Source of the DNA: an uncultured virus (IMG/VR IMGVR_UViG_3300027805_000013)
Taxonomy: Duplodnaviria > Heunggongvirae > Uroviricota > Caudoviricetes
Virus record (IMG/VR): IMGVR_UViG_3300027805_000013
Length of the DNA stretch: 64,000 nt
Direction: 5' to 3' (one strand)
Positions 1-7,594 of the stretch are shown here, piece by piece. The translations under genes and the position numbers were made by a program. Every line of letters starts with the position of its first letter. Positions within the stretch are counted from its first letter, which is position 1. The notes beneath the pieces were generated by a model. It had not been told where the DNA came from and did not search any database. It saw only the letters and a list, made by a program, of their open reading frames with translations.

Positions 1-276
1 TTCGCAGTTACCACCCGTACCAATTTCTTCCATGTATGGGTTGTTTACTGTGCCACACTTATCACACTTACCATTCGTGTGCCAAGTGTCATGCATACAG
101 TGTACGCAAGTGTAATGTTTTTTATCCATTTGTTTTCTCCTTGTTTGCTGATTCAATAAACTGTTTGCAACATTTAATTAATAATTCTTCTGCATCTTTA
201 TAATGTATTTTACCATCGTCCCATTGTTCATGGATATCGTTGACTGAAAAATGCAAATCATCAATGGTGTATAAAA

Positions 277-462
277 TCATACAGTTTCCTCCTCTAACAT
301 GGATTCAATTTGAGCGAGTTTTGTTTTCTGTTCTTGCAAGAATTCCAAAACAGTTTTGAACTCATCAAAACCATCGATGCGGACATCATACAAATTGCCC
401 TCATCAATCGCATCACACAAATCAAAATAAACTTCTTGAACTTTAGTTTTTAGGCTGCTCAT
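277..462 (-). CDS. hypothetical early protein
   Basis: ORF in a tightly packed leftward cluster; GAGGAG RBS; ATGA overlap. Confidence 0.7.
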   Translation of the reverse strand: MSSLKTKVQEVYFDLCDAIDEGNLYDVRIDGFDEFKTVLEFLQEQKTKLAQIESMLEEETV

Positions 463-650
463 ACAGTTTTCTCCTCAAATGAAATATCCCAGTTACCTAC
501 AAAATTACCATTAACATCTCGCACAGTACCCCAGTCGTTAGCCTCTTCAAGCTTGGCTATGATATCTTTTAAGTTATCTATCAATTGGTATTGCACTGGT
601 TGATTGTGATACGCATCATTATCTATGTCAATAGTTAAATTAAATTTCAT
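459..650 (-). CDS. hypothetical early protein (MKFNLTIDIDND...)
   Basis: Start moved to ATG 650, which has an AAGGA RBS. Confidence 0.7.
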   Translation of the reverse strand: MKFNLTIDIDNDAYHNQPVQYQLIDNLKDIIAKLEEANDWGTVRDVNGNFVGNWDISFEEKTV

Positions 651-670
651 GATGGTTTCCTTTTTTAAAA

Positions 671-835
671 TTAAGCGTAATACGAAATGCCTTCGGGGAT
701 TGCATTGACATCTGTGCATTCCTCAAAGTGATCCACACTATGGACGGGCATACGATTCCCGTCCACCCACACAAACACCTTACTATCTGGCGACTCAAAT
801 GCCTGTAACGCTGATATCAGTTCTTGTATTGTCAT
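671..835 (-). CDS. hypothetical 54-aa early protein (MTIQELISALQAF...)
   Basis: Hand-translated; ATGA overlap with the upstream ORF; not in the ORF track. Confidence 0.6.
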   Translation of the reverse strand: MTIQELISALQAFESPDSKVFVWVDGNRMPVHSVDHFEECTDVNAIPEGISYYA

Positions 836-1197
836 GATAGTTTCTCAGTTAAGTTACCTTCGTTCCACATGGCTCTAGCAAAATTAATAATGTCATCACT
901 TACTGGGAAATCATAACTCTCGGCATGATGCTCAATAACATCCATAGGACATTGATCTTCTGTGGGGAAATTGTCGCCCCACAATTCACCCCATGATTTC
1001 TCATTGGTTTTTTCTACCCAGTAATCGCACACACCGACTTCCATTGAACGCATTACCATTGCATTCATGCAATCCAATGACAAGTAACCCCAATTAGATA
1101 ATTCATTGCGGACATCCAAAACATTCTTATTGGGATTTTTTGCGATGTACTCCTTGATATAACTATCATCCACTTCAAATACCATTTTGATTTTCAT
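832..1197 (-). CDS. hypothetical early protein
   Basis: ORF with AAGGAG RBS. Confidence 0.75.
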   Translation of the reverse strand: MKIKMVFEVDDSYIKEYIAKNPNKNVLDVRNELSNWGYLSLDCMNAMVMRSMEVGVCDYWVEKTNEKSWGELWGDNFPTEDQCPMDVIEHHAESYDFPVSDDIINFARAMWNEGNLTEKLS

Positions 1198-1322
1198 AAC
1201 ATTCTCCTTGTAAGAACCTTAATTGTCGTACTACTGGTGCAAAAATATATAGGGATAAACCCTGGCCAAGTCAGGCCAGGGTAAACCCGGGTCTTTGGGC
1301 TGCGGGGTATCCCTATGCATTT

Positions 1323-1532
1323 TCATGAGTCTACTTCTACTTCCGCCACCCTCCAATCGTGGGCATTGTAGTCCTCCATGTAACCCTTCTTAACTGCGTA
1401 TGCCATGCCTTTTATGAGATCAGCAAGTTCTGCCTCTGCCTCCTCACGAGTATCAAACAATTCAAGATCCTCTTCATTAGGCACTTCCCACCCCCCATCA
1501 AAAAACAATGCCTCAATTTGGTATTTTTTCAT
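1323..1532 (-). CDS. hypothetical acidic early protein
   Basis: ORF with RBS; overlap-coupled. Confidence 0.7.
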   Translation of the reverse strand: MKKYQIEALFFDGGWEVPNEEDLELFDTREEAEAELADLIKGMAYAVKKGYMEDYNAHDWRVAEVEVDS

Positions 1533-1771
1533 TTGATCCTCTGAATAAACATATTGTCAAACCAATCACCCACACCCGTTTCGAGTTCATCAAATACATT
1601 GTGGATGGTTTTATTAAACATATTGATGAACTCATTGTCATCATACACATTGGTATCTTTATATTGGTGATAGAACGAATTGACAGTATGAATTTCGATG
1701 ATCTCGCCACCATTCCATTCACATAAAAATAATTTTTCGGTTTCTTTACTTAAATTAATTGGATATTGCAT
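1529..1771 (-). CDS. hypothetical early protein
   Basis: ORF with GGAGG RBS. Confidence 0.7.
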   Translation of the reverse strand: MQYPINLSKETEKLFLCEWNGGEIIEIHTVNSFYHQYKDTNVYDDNEFINMFNKTIHNVFDELETGVGDWFDNMFIQRIK

Positions 1772-1940
1772 TTTCTAATACCTCCATGTTTGCAGTTACA
1801 TTTTCCATTTTATTGGTGCGAAAACAATTCTCAAAAATTGCCCATTTGAAATCGTACTTTTGTAATTTTGCTAAATACTCTTCCGATACTTCCAAATCAA
1901 ATTGAGCATTGACTCTAATTTTGAATTTCTTTTTTGCCAT
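1755..1940 (-). CDS. hypothetical early protein
   Basis: Start moved to ATG 1940 after GGGAG. Confidence 0.65.
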   Translation of the reverse strand: MAKKKFKIRVNAQFDLEVSEEYLAKLQKYDFKWAIFENCFRTNKMENVTANMEVLENAISN

Positions 1941-2011
1941 GTTAACTCCCTGTAAACTTATGATCAATATTGATCCAGTAATGCACTCATAGAATGCACT
2001 ACTAGGCAACA

Positions 2012-2476
2012 TTAAATAAATTGGTATTTACCCTCGCCAAACATTTTGTTTAATTGTTTCGTTGCCAAATCCATGTCATGGGTTTTGATTGTGCGAAATG
2101 CATTTTCGCTATCAGTCAATAACTTAAACAAAATACCCTTTTTGCGATGCTTAGACATTTCGTACTCTTCCACCAATATGCCAATTGCAGTATCAGTATC
2201 GTGATCAAAAAATTCTGTGCCATTGATCTCGCCAAAACTGGATTTCCATTGCCCTAGTGATTTGACATACTTGCCCCAAATAATGGCGGAGGGTGACTCA
2301 TCCCACCCGTATTGCCCACCCATAAATTTGAGATCATAAAATTTCATATCAATGCATCCACCATTGCCATCATTGTGGACATACGCAAATTTTTTACCAT
2401 CAAGATATAGGTTGAATTGATATCCGCCACCATCATCGGTTGCCCATGATTTAAAACCCTTAATTTGAAAATTCAT
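2012..2476 (-). CDS. hypothetical early protein
   Basis: 154-aa ORF; AAGGAG RBS. Confidence 0.75.
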   Translation of the reverse strand: MNFQIKGFKSWATDDGGGYQFNLYLDGKKFAYVHNDGNGGCIDMKFYDLKFMGGQYGWDESPSAIIWGKYVKSLGQWKSSFGEINGTEFFDHDTDTAIGILVEEYEMSKHRKKGILFKLLTDSENAFRTIKTHDMDLATKQLNKMFGEGKYQFI

Positions 2477-2682
2477 GCTATCTCCTTTAAATAGGTTGTG
2501 TTGCTAAAAAGTGGTGCTTTACCATTACGATTAAATACTTCAGTCAAACAAGAATTTTCACTACAAATAATTCTGACTGAAAAATGTTTGGAATGAAACC
2601 ACCCAGTACCATCGGCTAAAAAATAATCACCATGAAATAATTCACGATCTTCCCATCCGTTGCCTTCGCTAAATTTTTTCAT
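2473..2682 (-). CDS. hypothetical early protein
   Basis: Start moved to ATG 2682 after GGAG. Confidence 0.65.
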   Translation of the reverse strand: MKKFSEGNGWEDRELFHGDYFLADGTGWFHSKHFSVRIICSENSCLTEVFNRNGKAPLFSNTTYLKEIA

Positions 2683-2774
2683 ACTACTCTCCAATTGTTG
2701 ATTAAAAACTACTGACTCCAACAAAAACCACTCTATAGAATGGTTTTTAGTAGATCAATAGGGGTAAACCCTAG

Positions 2775-2966
2775 TCAGGCTGCCCTAGGGGGGTTGTTGA
2801 CAATTAAACCCGCACTAATCAATTGGTTTAAGGTTCTGCCAAAATGCCCTTGTAATTGGTAACCCAATCGAGTGTCATGCAAGTATTGCCAAGCCTCAAA
2901 AACTGTATCCTCGTCATCGCACTCAATAAAACCCTCTGCAATTCCTACTGCTTGATAACTATCCAT
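2775..2966 (-). CDS. hypothetical early protein
   Basis: GGAGGAGG RBS. Confidence 0.75.
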   Translation of the reverse strand: MDSYQAVGIAEGFIECDDEDTVFEAWQYLHDTRLGYQLQGHFGRTLNQLISAGLIVNNPPRAA

Positions 2967-2968
2967 TT

Positions 2969-3310
2969 TTATACCTCCTCCATGTTAATAAAATCTTCTA
3001 CAGTTTTATTTAAAACCAATTGCTTTACTTCGTCAATGGTTTCAAAATTACCCAATACTTTTGGGTTGATTTGTTTGCGATCCATTGCCAAATCGAGAAT
3101 TACACAATAGCGATAATACTTTTCGCCACCATCGTGACACTCGCTTAACTCTGGATTTTTGTAATCACAATAGATCATTAAATATTGCTCGTTACCAAAA
3201 TCCTTACCAATACAAGGGCAAGCATCATTCTTATATGAATAATCGTCAAACCCTTCAATGACGGGTAGATCATCGTCATATCGTGGAAATGCATTTTTTA
3301 CTAATGACAT
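2969..3310 (-). CDS. hypothetical early protein
   Basis: ORF in operon. Confidence 0.7.
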   Translation of the reverse strand: MSLVKNAFPRYDDDLPVIEGFDDYSYKNDACPCIGKDFGNEQYLMIYCDYKNPELSECHDGGEKYYRYCVILDLAMDRKQINPKVLGNFETIDEVKQLVLNKTVEDFINMEEV

Positions 3311-3312
3311 TG

Positions 3313-3549
3313 TTAAACCCCTTTCAATAGATTTTTTAATTCGGTTTTTAAAACCTTAGCATCGTTGCCTCTAAAGGTTGATGCATTGGCTAAAAAGTAC
3401 ATCACAATAGAACGGGCATCATCATTAATAAATTTATCGTTGATACTACCCAATTGAGTCATGGCATCCAAATAAGGTTTAGCACCAAAATAAGGTTTTG
3501 CCCAAACCCGTTTGATATCGTAAGCAATACTAGAAATTGATCGTTGCAT
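3313..3549 (-). CDS. hypothetical phage early protein
   Basis: AGGAG RBS; first gene after a non-coding block. Confidence 0.75.
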   Translation of the reverse strand: MQRSISSIAYDIKRVWAKPYFGAKPYLDAMTQLGSINDKFINDDARSIVMYFLANASTFRGNDAKVLKTELKNLLKGV

Positions 3550-3654
3550 TTTTTACTCTCCTATATAGTGGGCACAATTGCCCTACCCTTAAAATATCAT
3601 ATTGGTATAAAATTAATACTAGGATTTTCCCTATACTATCGAGGCCAGGTTTTT

Positions 3655-4033
3655 GATAGATTTTGACTATATCGATTTAAAACTGGTTTTTAGGGGCATA
3701 GAGCGGTTTTGATTGGGGTTGATCCATATGCATTAGGTGGTTTGTGATCGTTGAATATGGGGCATTCTGATCGTTAGGGTTTTCCCCTATGGTTTTGGCG
3801 CATTTTGGGGTTGTCAATAGGTATTTACCCTAAGATCAGCACTACACCAAAAAATGACTCTGGTCAATAGGGGTTTACCCTAATGCTGCCATAGCATGAT
3901 CGATAGATTTTAACTAAACCCTCCAAAACCGATTAAAACGAGCATAGAGCGGTTTTATGCTTAATTGATCCATATGCATTAGGTGGTTTGTGATCCTTGA
4001 ATATGGCACGATCTGATCGTTAGGGTTTACCCT
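3655..4033. repeat. imperfect ~130-bp direct repeat (about 3655-3785 and 3902-4033)
   Basis: Shared GCATAGAGCGGTTTT...TTGATCCATATGCATTAGGTGGTTTGTGATC.TTGAATATGG...CTGATCGTTAGGGTTT. Confidence 0.9.
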
Positions 4034-4105
4034 GGCCAGGCTGCCTAAAAAATAGGCAAATTAAAAATGTCAATAGGGGTTTACCCTATAGCCAGTTTTT
4101 GGGCA

Positions 4106-4137
4106 TAAAAAAACCCCTAGTAGAAAACTAGGGGTTT
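4106..4137 (-). terminator. rho-independent terminator
   Basis: AAACCCCTAG/CTAGGGGTTT stem followed by a T-run on the minus strand, just after ORF 4154-4906. Confidence 0.8.
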
Positions 4138-4153
4138 ATTGGGGTTTACTGGT

Positions 4154-4906
4154 TTAGATTGTATCTACCACAAATCCGCTCGTATCCTTTTTGGCTTTAC
4201 CCTTAGCATACAATGCCACAATGCTATTGGGTTTATCTAGGTGTCGAATGTCTGAATTATCCCCGCTTACTACTGGCAAACCTAAAAATTCTGTAGGGAT
4301 ATGATCTACTGATCTAAATACTGTTGCAATTCTCATTTTATTGTCGATTGCTTTTTTAACATATTTTTGGAATGTCACTACTCCACTATATGAATAAGTA
4401 AGATCATAGTTTTTTGGGATGTCAATCCGATTTGCAATTTTTGTGTAATCGTAAAATTGTACTTCGGGAAATAGATCGAAAATGGTAATAGATCTAATTT
4501 TGCCATTCATGAATTCATAATCAAAATACACATTTTCCCATTTAATATCACTTGTACCATTTAACCTAATCAAAAGGGTTAGATCTTGCTTTTTTGCTTG
4601 CTTGATACCCTTTTGAATATCGAGTACCAAATTGAGCATAAAATTTTGGCGATCATTAAAAAAGTATTGGGTTTTAGCAATACGAGCATTTTGAATACTG
4701 GTAAATGCCCCTCTACCCGCACTATATAAACAAGCATTTTCGCATTGTGCTAGTTTTGCCATTGGGCATACTTGAAAACCCGAAATGTCACTAGGTGCTA
4801 AATAGAGAATGCCCGTATAAAATCCTAGGGTTTGCCCCTTTACTGTTTTGCTATTGGTATCAAATCCCAATAAGGATTTGCGTATTACTGGCTTATTAAT
4901 TTGCAT
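4154..4906 (-). CDS. GP88-like phage protein (Cys cluster CX7CX3C)
   Basis: CPMAKLAQCENACL, IRLNGTSDI and FYDYTK motifs recalled from the gp88-like family; start at 4906 after AAGGTG. Confidence 0.65.
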   Translation of the reverse strand: MQINKPVIRKSLLGFDTNSKTVKGQTLGFYTGILYLAPSDISGFQVCPMAKLAQCENACLYSAGRGAFTSIQNARIAKTQYFFNDRQNFMLNLVLDIQKGIKQAKKQDLTLLIRLNGTSDIKWENVYFDYEFMNGKIRSITIFDLFPEVQFYDYTKIANRIDIPKNYDLTYSYSGVVTFQKYVKKAIDNKMRIATVFRSVDHIPTEFLGLPVVSGDNSDIRHLDKPNSIVALYAKGKAKKDTSGFVVDTI

Positions 4907-5262
4907 ATATTCACCTTGTAAATGATTAATAAAATTTACTACTAACATAATTTTATTGTTTAGTTAAAGCAAAATACAGATAAATAAACCCTAATAGGGT
5001 TATCCCTGGTCTTTATTGGTACATTTCTTGCTTGTCATTCTAGATGATAATCATTTGCATTTGCCCTATGCCTCTCGCACGCTCGTATAGCCCCATAGTG
5101 GCATTTTGCCTATTTTTGATACTTACCCCTTAACTCAATGCCGATCGTTCAATATGGATCGTTTTGGCAAGCACCAATTTGGGGCAGCTTGCACCAAAAC
5201 AATGCAGCCCAAATTGTCAATAGGTACTTTCCCTATTAGGGTAAACCCTGGGCCGGTAGTGT

Positions 5263-5500
5263 GTGAGTACTTACTAACTTACCGGATTGTTGCACTGCAC
5301 CAAATTGCCATGCACCAAATTGGTGCGGCCAGGATGTGAGTGAGTGCTAACTAACTAATCTGGTCAGTAAGTGCTCACTAACTTGGCCGATGTGAGTGAG
5401 TGCTTACTTACCACATTGTTGCACTGCAACAAGTAAGTGAGTGCTTACTTCAGCGCTGCACCAAATTGGTGCATTGTCAGGTTAGTGAGTGCTTACTAAC
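5263..5500. promoter_or_regulatory. cluster of six SlmA-binding-site-like palindromes
   Basis: GTGAGTACTTAC 5263, GTGAGTGCTAAC 5340, GTAAGTGCTCAC 5367, GTGAGTGCTTAC 5396/5437/5485; compare E. coli consensus GTGAGTACTCAC. Confidence 0.65.
5457..5473. promoter_or_regulatory. NtrC-type binding site
   Basis: TGCACCAAATTGGTGCA matches consensus TGCACCA-N3-TGGTGCA perfectly; near copies at 5311, 5170, 5190. Confidence 0.65.
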
Positions 5501-5650
5501 CAAGGGGGGCAATTTGTTGCGCCGCACCATCCTTTTTTGACTCCCTGAGTTTCGGGCGCGGGGGTCCCACACCAATCTCAAGGCCGTGCAAATTTCCCAA
5601 TATTTTTTTATTTTTCATAATGTGGAATAAACTTGTATAGAATTAGGCTC

Positions 5651-5671
5651 AAATGATAATCATTCTCATTT
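5651..5671. promoter_or_regulatory. Fur box
   Basis: AAATGATAATCATTCTCATTT; second copy ATGATAATCATTTGCAT at 5044-5060. Confidence 0.7.
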
Positions 5672-5681
5672 AGAAATGCTG

Positions 5682-6018
5682 TAAGTTATTGATTCTACTA
5701 GGTGCTGTATAGAACTATCCATAGAATGTATAGATTCTCAAAAGTTATGTGCTTGATTTGTAACGATAAAAAAAAATTGCTGCACTGCATCCTGGATACT
5801 GTGGATAGTTCTATACAACTTTTGAGTGTCGTAAGTGCTTGATTAAGTTAAATAAAAAATTTCAAATCCATAGTATCCATAGTATCCACAGTATTTCTCT
5901 ATTATTTCTCTTTTAAAAAAAAGAATAATACTAGTAGGGGGTATAAGTGAAATATACTGTGGATACTATGGATACTGTGGATTGAAGTTCTATACATTGG
6001 AATAAAATCAATCACTTG
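5682..6018. promoter_or_regulatory. IHF consensus sites (three)
   Basis: WATCAA-N4-TTR matches at 5682-5694 (-), 5832-5844 (-), 6006-6018 (+). Confidence 0.6.
5863..5980. repeat. origin-like element copy A: inverted arrays of 9-bp TATCCAYAG repeats flanking an AT-rich spacer
   Basis: Three repeats, AT-rich core, three inverted repeats; near-identical copy at 58077-58195. Confidence 0.75.
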
Positions 6019-6095
6019 GAAGAAGGGCTGGTGGACAAAAACATCGTTTTTTGTATCCTGTCTTCTGTGGATACTATGGATAGTTCTATACAATA

Positions 6096-6127
6096 GGGCG
6101 GATGTTGTATAGAAATTGCATAAGTAG
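6096..6127 (+). promoter_or_regulatory. phage late promoter GGGCG-N16-TGCATAAGTAG
   Basis: One of six copies with identical spacing; ATG begins at the 5th base after the motif (probably leaderless). Confidence 0.85.
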
Positions 6128-6131
6128 ATGT

Positions 6132-6359
6132 ATGAAGAGACTTAATCCACTTACCAAATCCCCATACCGTTGTGGCGATCAGCACGGCGATATGTTCTTT
6201 TACAACTACAGGACCGATGTCCTATCCAACGGATTCCGTGGCGAACGTTGGCTCAGTCCGATTGCTTTTGAAAAAGCGCTAAGACGGGATAGACTAGCCA
6301 AACTGAAAAAACGGCGACAAGCTGGTAAGCTGCGACGCAGGTCTAAATATGACGATTAA
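6132..6359 (+). CDS. hypothetical basic protein
   Basis: ATG at the predicted transcription start. Confidence 0.6.
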   Translation: MKRLNPLTKSPYRCGDQHGDMFFYNYRTDVLSNGFRGERWLSPIAFEKALRRDRLAKLKKRRQAGKLRRRSKYDD

Positions 6360-6630
6360 GTATTACGCATACCAAATCAAAGGTTTGCTTGAGAAACCCG
6401 ATAAAAGCATCGGAGCGATTTTAGTAATGATTTGCACCCCTACGGCGTTTGAAGAAGTCCAAGTGCCAGCCTCCGTTTTTAATAGGGAGACTCTGGCGTT
6501 TTTAAGATATCGAATTGCGGTGAACGATTTTATGGACATCAACAAACTACCATGGGACGTCATTAAAAAGATTCGAGGGCCATTGAACCAGTACCTCGAT
6601 GATTGGATTGCGGATGGCAATCTCAAGTAG
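6349..6630 (+). CDS. hypothetical protein
   Basis: ORF overlap-coupled in the late operon. Confidence 0.65.
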   Translation: MTIKYYAYQIKGLLEKPDKSIGAILVMICTPTAFEEVQVPASVFNRETLAFLRYRIAVNDFMDINKLPWDVIKKIRGPLNQYLDDWIADGNLK

Positions 6631-7594
6631 CACCCCCATCCCTGTTCTAGATGGTTGGGCTTTAGCAAAAGACTTATCCAAAGGTGATTGGGTCTTTTCT
6701 AAGGAGGGCAAACCTATCCAGATCAAAAGCATCCAGACTTACACCCCGGCGGAAATGTTTTGCGTGGCACTGTCCGATGGGGTTTATGTGGATGTGGATC
6801 AACACACCAAGTTCCCCGTCCAAACCCTTTTTGATCGGCAAACAGAAAGCCGTTACCGTGGCATCTATAAACGCTGGGCAAAGCAACGCTATGCCAGCCC
6901 CTTAGAAATGCTCGAGCGTGGCTTAGACGGCGGGTACGATCAGGGGTTTTATTCGGTGCGTACTACGAAGCCCATCCATTTTCCGTTTGAAGACCACCCC
7001 GTGCCACCCTTTATCGTGGGGATGTGGATGACACGAACCAACCCCAACAACCGTTACATGTTACGGGAGAGCGTGGTGGAGTATGTGCAAAAGGAAATCC
7101 GCAAAACGGGCTGGAGTTTTAAGATGCAATCCCGTAATGTCATGGAGATTCGCCCCTCAATTCGGACATCCTTCCTTACTCGGTACCAGACTGTGCCGTC
7201 CAAACTGCCAATCGAGTACACCTTTGGCTCGGTGGAGCAACGAATTGATCTGTTACGGGGTGTGATCGCCACAAAACCAGGTTCGTACAACGAAAAACTC
7301 GATAAGTTCTTGATTTTTAGTAGAAATTTAAACTTTTTGATTGTTTTGCAAGGGATTTGCGAGTCTCTTGGCATGAAAACGCAAGTTTTTGAGAATAAAT
7401 CGTCTTTTACGCACCAACTTGCATTTAAGTCGCAACTTTTTTTAAATCCCCTTCAAAAAAGTCGCAAAATTTCGAAGCATTTTGATCGTAGGATCGTAAA
7501 AACCATCGAAAAGATTGACCCTAAACCCAGTATACACATCGTTACTGACGAACCATTTGTCGTAGGACAAGGATTTTTACCAATATGGCATTAA
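6614..7594 (+). CDS. free-standing intein-derived protein (Hint plus degenerate LAGLIDADG)
   Basis: N-term AISSSTPIPVLDGW..KDLSKGDWVF..EGKP resembles intein block A; C-term IVKTIEKID..FVVGQGFLP resembles blocks F/G; SVEQRIDLLRGVI resembles the endonuclease block; no exteins. Confidence 0.75.
   Translation: MAISSSTPIPVLDGWALAKDLSKGDWVFSKEGKPIQIKSIQTYTPAEMFCVALSDGVYVDVDQHTKFPVQTLFDRQTESRYRGIYKRWAKQRYASPLEMLERGLDGGYDQGFYSVRTTKPIHFPFEDHPVPPFIVGMWMTRTNPNNRYMLRESVVEYVQKEIRKTGWSFKMQSRNVMEIRPSIRTSFLTRYQTVPSKLPIEYTFGSVEQRIDLLRGVIATKPGSYNEKLDKFLIFSRNLNFLIVLQGICESLGMKTQVFENKSSFTHQLAFKSQLFLNPLQKSRKISKHFDRRIVKTIEKIDPKPSIHIVTDEPFVVGQGFLPIWH

Noticed and set aside
5240..5530. CRISPR array
   Set aside because: Repeats are 12-20 bp palindromes of several types with irregular spacing. 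The only Cas4-like gene is DUF2800 in the replication module.
5106..6093. ORFs 5106-5339 and 5902-6093 (also 58029-58301)
   Set aside because: They are translations of DNA repeat motifs (SIHSIHSIH) with no RBS; treated as non-coding.
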